Shown one piece after another: positions 28,280-40,784 of a stretch of 64,000 bases of DNA (position 1 is its first letter; every line of letters starts with the position of its first letter). The stretch is from the human T2T-CHM13v2.0 reference genome, Homo sapiens. The position numbers and the translations under genes are program-made. A model generated the notes under the pieces. The model saw nothing but the letters and a program-made list of their open reading frames with translations, had not been told where the DNA came from and did no database searches. The DNA is taken from assembly GCF_009914755.1 (NCBI RefSeq), contig NC_060932.1; one strand, given 5' to 3'.

Positions 28280-28875
28280 GTTTATTCCTTCAGTAAACAT
28301 GGGACACTGACTATAAGCCAGACATTGCTGTAGGCTGAGGAGATTAACAGTGAACAAAACAGACAAAAGTAATCGGCTGGAGTATGCCTTCTAGTAGGAA
28401 GAGACACAAAGTGAATGAACGTAGTGAATCATATAGCTGTGGATTAGATGAGACGGGCTAAGGGGAAAATAAAGGAGGAAGGGGGATGAAGAGTGTCAGG
28501 TGTGATGGTCAGGGAGTCCCACTGAGAAGGTGACATGTGTGCTCATGCATGGAGAGGACAGTGAGGAGGTGTATGGCTGGAGAAGTGACCAGGGACAGTG
28601 CTGAGCTAGGTCAGAGGGTCCAGCCCAGATCTTGGTGAGCTTGGAGGTCATGCAAGCACTTCACCTGCCACCCATGGGAGGTGGGTGGGTTTCTGCAAAG
28701 GAGTGCCAGGCTCTGACACCTGTTTTGAAAGGTTAAAGGGGCAAAGGCTGTACAGAGGCTGAGGAGGAGAAGGTTGTGACGATCCAGGTGAGAGATTGCG
28801 GTGGTCAAATCTGAGCAGTAATAGGCAGTACTGAGAAGTGGTCAGTTTCTGGATACGTTTGGGTTGAATGTGGCA
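28280..28875 (-). mobile_element. L2 LINE 3' fragment
   Basis: GCCAGACATTG...AGTGAACAAAACAGACAAA...CTGAGAAGGTGACAT...ATCCAGGTGAGAGAT...GAGAAGTGGTCAGTTTCTGGATA. Confidence 0.75.
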
Positions 28876-28883
28876 TGAGACAT

Positions 28884-29086
28884 AGCCCTGTGCTGGACTG
28901 ACCAGAACAGCTCAAGGCGGAAAGGGTGCTGGGGAGGTTAAATATTCAAGAACTCTGCCACCTGGTGGTTAAACCATTGGTGACTTGAAATCAGCCGTGG
29001 TGGGAGTATTTACATCATGGAAATGAGCAAACACTACAGATTAGGGCTCTTGTCTTTTGTGAAGCGGGTTTCTCAGCAAAGCACGG
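28884..29086 (+). mobile_element. MER63A-like hAT-Blackjack DNA transposon
   Basis: TGTGCTGGA...GTTAAATATTCAAGAA...TTGAAATCAGCCGTGGTGGGAGTATTTACATCATGGAAAT...CTACAGATTAGGGCT. Confidence 0.75.
28955..28968 (-). promoter_or_regulatory. CTCF core motif
   Basis: Reverse complement CCACCAGGTGGCAG fits CCASYAGRKGGCRS without mismatch; binding not shown. Confidence 0.55.
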
Positions 29087-29685
29087 GATGTAAGAGAAGA
29101 GGAAAGGGTGACTCTGGGGCAGGGCTGCCTTATTGCTGAGATGAGGTTGTGCTAGCTCACTGGCATGGGCTGCTGCAGAATCCCTGCTAGTTGAACTATT
29201 CTGCTATCTGTATTTGAAGGTAGTTCTACACTGAGTTATCAACCTTTCAATTCAGGTTGATTATATGTATTTCACATCTCTCCAGAAGAAAATAGGTATG
29301 AAAAGTACCATATGATTAACAATAATCATGTATTTCAGGTCTACATGTTTTCTTCTCAAAATGATAGGTGATGGCTGGACCGTGTTCTTTACAGTTAAGT
29401 CAGATGACACTGAGCCCATTTTGTCCCACTTGGGGGTATTTCTGTGAGCTGTTTTGAACAAAAACATGGCCTGTGAACCAACCTTCTTCTGCTGCACTCT
29501 CAAACTGCCTCTCACTCTATCCTAATCTGTACCTTTTAAGGATGTTAATGAATTAAATGCAGTGCTCCGCAGCATTTTGAAACATATCATGGGGTGCACC
29601 CCAAAGTTCAATGGGATTGATTTTTGTCACCGTATGATTTTGACTTGGATATATTTGGTTATATCAAATTACTCTGTTGTCATGA

Positions 29686-30024
<339 letters not shown>

Positions 30025-31608
30025 TAATAAGAATTTAGCCCTGGCCGAGGCTTTGTATGGTGGGCATTCTTTAGTGCCCAGGGAAAGTCCTGCTGCTGTT
30101 TAGAACTGGCAGAGCAGAAGTGATTAGAATGCACAGCTCTTCCTTTTGGGACTAACAAAAACACTGGAAATTTTAAAAGAACTGACTTTTCTGTGAAGTT
30201 TCCAGAACTTTCACCTACTACATGGACTGACCAACAGCCCATATCCATCAGCATGGGGCATTCCAGCTGGGAGCTCAGAGGTGTGGATCTGCTGTGAGGG
30301 CTGGGTGGGCCAGGCGTCTAGGCCCTGGAGCCAGGAAGTCCAGGTACCGTCCACGTCTGGCCCTGACTCACTCTTTTGGATGGAAAAAGCCAAGGTGGCC
30401 TCGCAGCCTCAGTGAGGACTTTGCAAGGATTGGCTACTGTGGGTCTTGTGCTACCTGGGGTGCAGCTGTGGCTGTTTGTCCTCCCCCAGGAGGGGGAGTG
30501 CCCTGCGGCCTGTGCTCTGCTGCCCAGGCCTGCTAGGCCTGCACAGGGCCATGGCGGGGGTCCCTGGCGGCAGGGCTTTGGGTGTGGACCAACCTGGGTT
30601 TGCATTCCACTCTGTGTGCCCACTCTGCAGCCCTGGGCACACGACTCACTCTGCCTGGTGTCTGTCTCCCTGTGGCCAGTGCCGATTAATATGGATTTCA
30701 GCAAGAACATTTAGACTCTTGGCTGGCATGTGGTCACTTGCCAGATCTCAGTGAGGTGGCATGTTTGGGAGTGTGCAGGGAGCATCCATGATCTTCCTGA
30801 AGCCTGAGGAGTGCTCCTGTCATTAAGGGGTGAGGCTGCAGAAAACTTGCTACCGAGCCGTGGGGAGATGCAGGCAACACTGGCTCTTGCTTCAGTGGGA
30901 GTCAGGGCCACAGCGGGAATGCGCAAAGAAAATGAGATCCCCAGTTCTGGCACCGAACGTGGCTGTCCCCACACACAGAAGGAAAGGCTGGGCGGGGTGA
31001 GAAGCCACACGCGATGTCAGCAGAAGTGGTGCTGTAGATCAGACCAGGTCTCAGGAGCTCTCTGAGTGATCTTGGCCAAGGTGCTTCCCCTCCAGGCCTC
31101 TGTGACTTCTGTAAAACCAGGAGGTCGACAACAATACTCTGGAAGCCCCAGCCATTGTGGATTCTGAGTGGAGACAGGGCAGAGGGTGGAGGGCCACTTT
31201 CAGGGGACAGGTGGGTGGATGCATTTCCTGTGGGGCTGACTGTGAGTGAGTCCTGAGGGAGAGTGCATTCCAGGTGGGGCTGGCTGCAGAGGAGACTCGA
31301 TGCTGGGCTACAGGAACCCCCGGGGGTTGCGATGGCCCAGCCTGTGGTTGGGCATGCGGGGACTGGGCCTCAGATGGTGCTGACAGCACCCGCGTTTGCA
31401 CACTGTGATTCCCAGCTCATCCGAGTGGAGATTTGGGCTACAGGGAAACTTGCTGCTGGGCCTTGGCCTGGGCTCCACCATGGCTGGTGGCTCCCCTGAT
31501 GGTTGGTGGAAGGGCTGAGAAAACCAATTCCACCAAAGGTAAGAGGGATGCATGTGGACTGTGCTGAGTTCCTCTTAGAGCAGCCCTTCTGTTCTACGTG
31601 TACCACAG

Positions 31609-31986
31609 GTGCTGTTTAATTTTACGTGTCCACTTGACTGGGCCATGGACTGCCCAGAGATTTATCAAACATTATTTTTGGTGTTTCTGTGAAGATGTTT
31701 CTGGGTGAGATTAACATCTAAGTCAGTAGATGGAGTAAAGCCAAGCGCCTCTCCCAGTGTTCAGGGCCTCATATAACCAGTTGAAGGCCTGAATAGAACA
31801 AAAGGCTGACCTCCCCAACGCGTGAGAGAATCCTCCTGCCTGGAGGCCTTCATCCTGGGATATCACCTCTTCCTGGTTCCACAGCAGATTCTAGCTTTCA
31901 GGCTCAAATGGAATGTTGGCATTGCAGAGGGCCAGGCCCACATCACATGAAGCAGTTCCTTATACTAAATCCCTCCCCACCTCCCA

Positions 31987-32035
<49 letters not shown>

Positions 32036-32078
32036 TGTGTATCATATCGGTTCTTTTTCTCTGGAAAGCCCTAACACA
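31609..32078 (+). mobile_element. MLT2-type ERVL solo LTR containing a (TG)n tract at 31990-32040
   Basis: TTAATTTTACGTGTCCACTTGACTGGGCCATGG...GTTGAAGGCCTGAATAGAACAAAAGGCTGACC...TCTCTGGAAAGCCCTAACACA. Confidence 0.85.
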
Positions 32079-32949
32079 AAGTATTTGATGATCTTCCATG
32101 CTGGGGTTGTCACGGTTATGAGGGGGAGGCCAATCGGTTGTGTCTGTGAAGCAGTGTGTCTGGAAGGCTTACTCCCTGAGCCTTCAGGCTTCCACCCAGG
32201 AAATGAGCTTCCAGAAGTAAGTGCCTGAGTCATACCTAGGAGTTTGGATTGCACCACAGAGATGCTGGGAGCGTACATCAAAAGCCTTCTCCTCCTCCAC
32301 AGAGATTAGGAGAGAAAGAGCACAGGCCGATGCCCATGGCTTCTCCTTTCCTTATTACTGACATTGACTGTTCAGAGCAAATAGGTCTGGAGTAAGTAAA
32401 GTAATCCATGGATACATTCTCAAAAGTTTTGAAAGAAAGATGCTGGAGAAATATTTAGAATTATTACCATTATTATTTCTGGATTTAATTCTACCTATAT
32501 TTAAAGAAAATGAAGAATAAGGTTCTATGACCTATGTGTTTTTGGCAAAAATGTTTAAAATTTCCCCCTGGCATGAATTGAAAAAAATCTTTCATAATTC
32601 TCAGGTCAGACATATAAATATTCTAAACAAAAGCTTGTTAGTTCTACCCATTCCACCATCTATTGAGTTAAGACTGGCTAATCCAGAGGTTGACACAGTT
32701 AAATGAAAGGGTTCATTTGGAACTGTTAACACCTTGCAATAACACCTTGCACTTATATAGAGCTTTTCATGCTGAAGGATTGCAAAGTGCTCTGCAGACA
32801 GTGTATAAATAGAAATGCCTCCCCCACCTCTAAAGGCAGCCTTCTTGCAGGCACAATGCGACCAAAACATCACCCCACAGTCTTTTTGTTGAAGGGAAAC
32901 ATTGCAGACCATTTTCTCCATTTCAAACTGAGTGAGTTTTTTCCTTGCA

Positions 32950-33720
32950 TGGTTTGATTTTCTGACTCTCTGATACCAGCTGGGTGTCCAGTGATTCAAT
33001 TCAATTCTGACATCAATTCTCCAGAGTAACCCAGACCCCACAAATTAAGGGCTCTGTCCTGCAAGAATGCCTGTCATTTCAGATGCCAGTTGCAAGTAGT
33101 GGGTGCCCAGGTTACCCACACTATTGTCCCATTGGGCTACAAACTGGGGATGCCCACGAATCCCCCTGAGGTTCGGTAGTTTACTATAATGGTTTACAGA
33201 ACTTGGGAAACATTTTACTTAAACGATTTCCAGTTTATTGGGAAGGATACAATTTAGAAACAGCCAAATGGCAGTGATGCACAGGGCAAGGTGTGGGGAA
33301 AGGAGTGCCCTCTCTGGGTGTATCACCCACCCAGCCCCTCAATGCGTTCAACAACTGGGAAGCACTCTAAGCCTTTCATTTAAGGGTTTTTAATGGGGGT
33401 TCCATGTTGTAGGCATGCTTGGTTAAATCACTGGCCATTGGTGATTGAACTCAATTTCCAGACCCTGACCCAGGGTGTGGAGTTGAGAGTTCCAACTCTC
33501 TAATCACATGGTTGGTTCCTGGGCAGCCAGCCCTATCCTGAAACTGTCTAGGGTCCACCAAGACTCACCTCAATGGCATAAACTCAGGTGTGGTGGAAAG
33601 GGGCTTGCTGTGAATAACGAAACACATTCCTCTCACCCCGTCACTCAGTATTGTGAGTGATAGGAACTTTGTCTCCAGGAACTGGGGACAAAACCCAAAC
33701 ATGTATTTTCTGTTATGTCA
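32950..33720 (-). mobile_element. MER21-family ERVL LTR
   Basis: ACCAGCTGGGTGTCC...ATTCAATTCAATTCTGACA...GGTTAAATCACTGGCCATTGGTGATTGAACTCAAT...GTTCCAACTCTCTAATCAC. Confidence 0.8.
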
Positions 33721-33854
33721 TGCAAATGACAGGGTATCTCATATGACCAGTATGGGTCATGTTGGCATGAAGCAGGGTACTGCTATGAGTTGTCACCTCT
33801 CATGGAAGGGGTTCTGGGGAATCTGAAATGGCTTTCAGATACCCTCCATGTAAG

Positions 33855-34015
33855 CACTGTTCAATAGAATTTCTATGTTGATGAAAATGTTCTATAACAT
33901 GCACTATCCAATATGGTAGCACTAGTCACATACGGCTGTGAGCACCTGACATGTAGCTGGTTATGACTGCAATACTATTTTATTGTGATTACTTTAATTT
34001 CAATCAGCTTACATT
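33855..34015. mobile_element. MER3-like hAT-Charlie DNA transposon
   Basis: CTGTTCAATAGAATTTCT...GATGAAAATGTTCTATA...TCCAATATGGTAGC. Confidence 0.75.
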
Positions 34016-35039
34016 TACTGGGTCCCCTGTGTTTCATGGCTGCGTTGTGTGAAGCTCTACAGCACAGACCCTCTAGAAATGACCGATGACCGTATGTGTG
34101 GGGTGGTGGCGGCTCAGGAGCAGTCCTAATGACCGCATTACTTATCCCCCAGCTCTGGAGCTGTAACTCAAAGTGAAATGGATGCTGGCCTCTGCAGAAA
34201 GTGTAGTATGGGACTCATTGATCCATCGAGCCATCCATCTATTAATCAATTTATCCTTTGAACAAATATTTCTTGAGTGCATTCAACACTTGGTCACATT
34301 CAACACTTTCCCAGGTAAATGGAGATTTTTACATTTAGAGTTGCCCAACAACTCTTTATTTAGATGAAGAATCAAATTTTGAATAAAAGTGAAGTTAATC
34401 GTTAAAATTATGTTTAAAAGCACTCCTCCCAAAAGTGAGTGCTAGTTGAGAGGGTGATTCTGAGCAGGAGGAGAGGTAGGAATGACATGATAACACCAGG
34501 TGTTAAGTGAACAAGACGGTGGTGTCCTGGACATGGAAATGTGTTTATAGGTCATGCAAATGACTCCTGAAGAAAAGCAGTTGGTGATTCTGGCAACAAT
34601 GAAGGCATTGGTGATGGGGGGAAGCTGCGTGGTGTGGATGGCAGTATTTTACGGAGTTAAGTTTATTTTTGCCCAAGTGAAATTGTGGCTTGTAAAGAGG
34701 AATGAGAAGGCAGGAGCCTTGAAACAAAGTACAGGAGGTAGACTGAGATGCAGCTTCAGAGAAATGGCAAGAGCAATGAGCAGGGAAGACGGAGAGATGC
34801 ACTGGGCCCAGGACCCGGGGGAGGGCTCAGCATGAAGTGGGGTGGGGTGGTTGTGCAGCCCAGGCAACCTCTGTGTCCCCAGGTCACAGAAGCTGGTCAC
34901 TCTCTCTACCAATTCAGAGGAAGGAGCAGACTCAGAGGTCAGGGAGAAGGCTGCACCCAGGCCTGAGAGGCCTGCAAGGGCTGGGAAGGAAGACTTGTAG
35001 GAAGAGCTGGACCAGGGCAGGCCCTGGAAAGAGGGCGGC

Positions 35040-36246
35040 CTCTTCCTTCCACCATATACAAAAATCAACTCAAGATGGATTACAGCCTTAAATGTAAGAC
35101 CTAAAACTATAGAAACCGTGAAATAAAACCTAGGAAATACCATTCTGGACATAAGCATTGGCAATGATTTCATGATGAAGTCCCCTAAAGCAACTGCAAC
35201 ACAAACAAAAATAGACAAGTGGGACCTAATTAATCTAAACAGCTTCTGCACAGCAAAAGAAACTATCAACAGAGTAAACAGATAACCTATGAAATGGGAG
35301 AAAATGTTTGCAAACTGTGTATCTGACAAAGGTCTAATATCCACTATCTATAAGGAAATTAAACAAATTTACAAAAGAAAAACAACCCCACTAAAAAATG
35401 GGCAAAGAACATTAACAGACACTTCTCAAAGGAAGATATACATGTTCATGGCCAACAGGAATATGAAACATGCTCAGCATCGCTAATCATTAGAGAAATG
35501 CAAATTAAAACCACAATGAGGTACCATCTCACACCAATCAGAATGGCTATTATTAAAAAGTCAAAAAATATTATAACAGATCCTGGTGAGCTTGTGTAGA
35601 AAAAGGAATGCTTATATACTGCTGGTGGGAATGTAAATTAGTTCTGCCACTGTGGAAAGCAGTCTGGAGATTTCTGAAAGAACTTAAAACAGGACTACCA
35701 TTTGACCCAGTAATCCCATTACTGCGTATATACTCAAAGGAATAGATGTTGTTCTACCATGCACACGTATGTTCACTGCAGCACTATTCACAATAGCAAA
35801 GACATGGAATCAACCTAAATGCCCCTCAATGATAGACTGGATAAAGAAAATGTGGTACATATACACTATGGAATATCATGCAGCCATAAAAAAACCTCAA
35901 AATCATGTCCTTTGCAGCAACATGGATGCAGCTAGAGGCAATTATCCAAAGCAAATTAGTGGAGGAACAGAAAACCAAATATCACATGTTCTTACTTATA
36001 AGTAGGAGCTAAGTGATGAGAACACATGGATGTAAAGATGGGAACAACACACACTGGGGCCATTGGAGGCTGGAGGGTGGGAGGAAGGAGAGGATCGAAA
36101 AACTACCATCAGATATTATGCTCACTACCTGGGTGATGGAATCATTTCTACACCAAACCCCAGTGACACCTAATCTATCCATGCAACAAAGCTGCACACG
36201 CACTCCCTGAACCTAAAATAAAAGTTGAGAAAAGAGAAAAGAAAAA
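35040..36246 (+). mobile_element. 5'-truncated older L1PA/L1PB (ORF2 C-terminus plus 3'UTR)
   Basis: CCATATACAAAAATCAACTCAAGATGG; [36 protein letters not shown]; ends CCTGAACCTAAAATAAAAGTT plus A-rich tail. Confidence 0.93.
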
Positions 36247-36949
36247 CCTTGTTTCTTTTCTCTTACAAAATCTTTTCTAAGGACGTAGGGAATGAACGCA
36301 ATTAATGGTAATTTAGTAAAATGTTTCATTCAGTGTTTAGAAGTTGATTTCTTTAGCAGTGTTTCACGTTGGCTTTGGAGGTGGCAGACTCTGCTTGTCC
36401 CTCATACACACGAAGTTCTGACCAGCACACAGGCATTTTCACATCCTGCTCAGAACCAAGTTTATATCCCATTTTAACTGGGTGAAAACTGACTCTCCAA
36501 GGAAAGTTTATCTGGGGGGCACCTTGGCTCTTTTTCAGCAAGTGGGGGTGTGGTGGGGGTGGCTGCTGAGGCTCAGGAGGTTGCGATCCAGGTGGGCTAT
36601 CTGGGATTAGAGTGAGCCATCCTACGGGCTCCCAATGAGCCCAGTCAAGCTTGCTTTGTCAACACCGTCTTCTGAACAGCTGTAGATCATGCCGCCATCT
36701 GTGCGTGGCCTCTCCTACAGGAGCATCGTCTCAACCAGGGCCAAAGCCAGCGCCTGAGTCTGATGTCTACCAACGACGACCAGAAGCCCAGCTGCAAAGA
36801 AGGGGGCCTCTCTCTATCCCGGCCGGGTGCAGATTCCCAGTTCCTGGGCCCCACCCAGCCGGGAAAGCCTGAGGTCCTTGCTCAGTGACTGGACTCACGG
36901 GCTTCTCCGGTGGTGGAGGGCCTGGCCCGGGCGTAAATGTCTGAGGGGC

Positions 36950-37208
36950 TTACTGGACGGCCTGGGAGTGCAGCCACTCAGCCCCCTCGGGACACCGAGG
37001 CTGGGGATTCGCAGCCCTGCAGGGACGGGCTCCTTCCCTGAGCTCTTCCTTGCACTGGCTCAACATGACTTGACGGGCCTTTAATGGAGAAGGAATCCTT
37101 CCGAGGGTCGATTTCACGTCCTCGTACTTCTTTTGGCAGTTGAGAAATTTCTTATTGAATCTTGCCTCCTCAGGGTTTTGACCGTTAATGGAAAGATTTA
37201 TTGTCAAC
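36950..37208 (-). other. Candidate exon (possibly coding) of an unidentified transcript
   Basis: Acceptor TTTTTTATCATTTTAAG|G at 37209/37208. Open frame LTINLSINGQNPEEARFNKKFLNCQKKYEDVKSTLGRIPSPL...AVQ*. CpG-enriched, non-repetitive. No homologue recognised. Confidence 0.3.
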
Positions 37209-38792
37209 CTTAAAATGATAAAAAAATTGCCAATTATTTTTCAGGAAATGTATGATTTTTAGGGATGAGGAGTCCTTCAGAGACCTACTTAGCTGTGTGA
37301 TCTTGAGCAAGTCGTTATCTTTTTGAACCCAAAACTGAGCTTCTTTAAAAGGAAGCAGTTGTACTAGACGACTGCTCAGAGCTATTCCAGTCTCAAAATT
37401 CCATGGTTCTGTATTTTCATAATTAGAAAAACCATGCATGTATATGGGTTCAGGTGATAATACTGACTAAAAATCATGCTGGGATACAGATGGCTGATGC
37501 CAGATCCTTTCCTGAGATCAGACTTGATAAAAGACAAGAGCGTTGAAAGCCGAGCAGAAACTAATACAGAAAAAAGGAATTTAAAGCTGTCAGAAATAAA
37601 CCGCACGGACTGTAGTGGATTTGGATCTCTGTTCTCTGCCTTCTCTCTGTATGACTTTGGGTGCATTTCCCAGCCTCTCTGTGCTTCCATTTCCTATAAT
37701 ACGGGGACCCCAGTTCCCAGGGCTGTTTGGATGCCTAAAGCAGCCAGAAGACCGGCCCAGGGAGGGGATGCTGAAGGCTTGCCACTTTCACTAATGATGA
37801 GTTTTGGTACGCCATGCCCTGGGTATCTGCGGCTTGGAGTGATTCTTCCCTTAGTTCAATATCAATCTGAGTTTGGGAGTGGAAGGAAGTGAAGGTAGGA
37901 GTGACATTTTAGTCTTGGCTTTCACAAGCTGGTGAAGCAGCAGTAAGTGTTGCCCACTTTTATGGATCTCTGTCTAGGGACCTCTGTGAAAGAACCATGA
38001 CTGCCCTAACACTTTGAAAAGCTACCTTTTTTTTTCCTTTTGGCTCTGCAATTTACATGGCTTTTGAAAAAGGCACTGACATTTTTTTAAAAGGGCATAT
38101 TATGTATTTTCAGGATTTTACTGTTTATATAGTTACTTTTTCTTAAGGTTTTAAAAAGGTTCTGTTTTAGGGTGACCCCAGTTGACTTCACAGTCCTAAA
38201 TGTGTCTGTGATAATTTATTCCCTGGTCTGAATACAGTTGAGAAATGCAATGTAGTCTGTAAAATCTTCTGATGGCCTTTCAATGATTCCGTCATCACCG
38301 GGGCACTGGCATGGGCTCCATGGAGGGCACTGTGCCATCCCCTTTCTCTATGCTGCCAGGTCCCTGCACCTTTTGAGGGCTAGAGCTTCCATGCAGCACC
38401 CTTCTGCCCTTGCGGGCTGTGCCTGAGGCCCTAGGGATCTGCGGAGTGGCCTTCTTCCAGGGCTCTGGAGGTTTCTCCTGAGCCAGGGGTGCTGGGAGTA
38501 GAGTTAGTGCTGGCTTTCTCCTGATTTGTAATTCCTCTCCAGATCTACATTCTGTGGGTTCATCTTTTGCAAATGTACACAATAGCTTGATTACTACACA
38601 GTGCTTACTTAAAAATAAAAGTTTGAAATTGCTTAGACTAAAAGTCACATGCAATAAGACCATTCAAAAAAGGATAAAGAATAAAAATCAGAGGCTGGAA
38701 GGGAAGATGTAATCGTAGTCTAGAGACACTTCTTCTTTTAGTCCTAGTTCATCTTTGAAATGGCTAGCAACCGAGGTAGATAGGTAGATAGA

Positions 38793-38860
38793 GATTGAAA
38801 CTAAATAAAGCACCATGATTGAAACTAAATAAAGCACCATGAAACTAAATAAAGCACCGT
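38793..38860. repeat. Short tandem repeat, 3 copies of a 20-24 bp unit
   Basis: (GATT)GAAACTAAATAAAGCACCAT at 38793, 38817 and 38841. Confidence 0.92.
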
Positions 38861-40784
38861 GGTTTCCCTTACATCATGAATAAAAGTAGACCAGTTTGAA
38901 CCTTGACATAGGTGTTTGATCCTCAATTCTCAGCAAAATCGCGGGTGTGTCTCTATACAGCAGGATTTGACCATGCAGTAGGTGGACCTTTCAGAGAAAT
39001 GCTGCAAGAGTTTCAAGGACGTTATTCTCTGCAGGTCTGTTTCTCATATTTTATCTTGTCTATCACAATGAGAGGGGACAAGTGTAATTCAGAGGCCACC
39101 TACTCAAAAAGGTAATATGAGTCAAGAATAATGAGAGGGCCTCAAAAGGAAATTCTGCTGTGCAGAGAGTACGATGGTCCTGGGTAATCATGGTGCTCCC
39201 ACCCATCTGCTTTAAGAATTCAGACAGATTTTAAAGTGTGATGGGAGGTGGGTGGGAGGAGAGTTAAGTTCTACAGTATACTACTTCAAATAGTGCTTGA
39301 ATCACTAACCCCAAAGCACAATGTATGGGGTGCGAGATTCTGATGAGTGCAGCTGTCTTCAGTTACCTTGCAGGACAACTTTGACTCACTGAAATGTATA
39401 ATTTTAAACAGAAGTGTTCCTGCAGAGATTGTCATCTTGTTGGCAGGAGAATGGCACCTTACCGAGTAAGAATGAGGACTGCAAGAGGATGGGGCACAAG
39501 AAGCCCGAGAGGAAGAAAAGCAGTGAGACACCTTCAGTCTTCTAACCAGGCAGGTGCAATACACACTGCCTCTCCCAGATGGTTACATGTGTTTCTTTGA
39601 GTGTAAAAGTAGCCCCTGGCCACTGCCCTCCAAAGTATCCAGGGCTGTCTGCTTCATCATGTAGAGAGCTCATTTCCTGACCAGCTCATCCTCTGAGCCC
39701 AGGTCCTGTTTCTGTCTTTGAACACAACCTGGGCCATCATAGAGACAGTTTGAGCTCTTTTCCCTCTCCTTTTTCTCCCCTCTCCAAATAATCCCAGAAG
39801 TGCAACTCATCAAACCACACCTCTGCTTCTGGACCCGGCCAGGGCCCAGACAGCCAGAAGCCCATAGTGCCAGCTCTGGAGCAAGTTCTGCGTCTGCAAA
39901 GGGAACAGGAATCAGCCCCAGAAATGCAGGCGTGGGAAGAGTGTGTGCCTGGGAAAGGCATAAGGTGTGAGGTGTCTGTTTGCCAAACAACCCACTTAGC
40001 CATGTTTTCCAGTGTTGGTGGCGCCTGGAGACAGAATGAGAAAACACTCAAAGTGCTCCTCTGTCCAAGAATAATGAGGCTCACTTTCTCGAAAAACCTG
40101 TGATCTGTGAGAATTGGACTTCAGTAGTTAACTGTGCCATTGTGGTTATAAGGGTAATTGATTTATTTTTTTTCATACAACAAAAAACCCTTCTCTATGT
40201 CCTAGGGATTCAGCTGTCAGATCCAGGCAAACAGATAGTCTGCTTAGAAGAGTAAAAAAGATGTTCACATTGTGGGCGTGGGAATGGTCCTCCCCAATCC
40301 CTGCTCCGAGTTGCTCATCTCCAGCAGTCCTTCCCAGACTGAGCACAAGTGAGCAGCCGACAGCACCCTGGAACCCTGTGTGGACTCGCTCACTCCCACA
40401 GGCGAGCCCAGCTCCACACTTCTAACTGGCTACACAAAATGGGTTATGAACCCATTGTCAAGAGTTGTCAAGCTCCGGGCAGATGTGCTCTGTGGAAATA
40501 TCTCCCTCCAGTGAGATAATGAGATGGCAATTAAAGCAGGACCTGAGAATGAGCCCAGACAGGGTTGGAGTGACAGAGCGGCAGGTCAGATGGGAAAGAT
40601 TTTTTTTTAACTTTTATTTTTGTTACATAGGTAAACTTGTATCATGGGGGTTTGTTGTATCAATTATTTCATTCCCTAGGTGTTAAGCCTAGTACTCATT
40701 AGTTATTTTTTTTATTATACTTTAAGTTTTAGGGTACATGTGCACAACATGCAGGTTTGTTACATATGTATACATGTGCCATGT

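Noticed and set aside
30211-31606. Dense overlapping ORFs on both strands (also 23000-25500)
   Set aside because: Expected in GC-rich, stop-poor sequence; the translations show no recognisable domain.
34554-34835. 93-aa ORF with a hydrophobic, membrane-like segment
   Set aside because: It lies in purine-rich, L2-like decayed sequence with no promoter or splice support.
38793-38860. CRISPR-like repeat array
   Set aside because: The units are directly adjacent without unique spacers, and the context is primate genomic DNA.
38912-39034. Peptide VFDPQ...LYTAGFDHAVGGPFREM resembling the class II HDAC motif FDPELVLVSAGFDSAIGDPEGQM
   Set aside because: It needs a 6-residue insertion, lacks the GDP aspartate, and no other HDAC-like sequence is nearby. 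A match this short is expected by chance.
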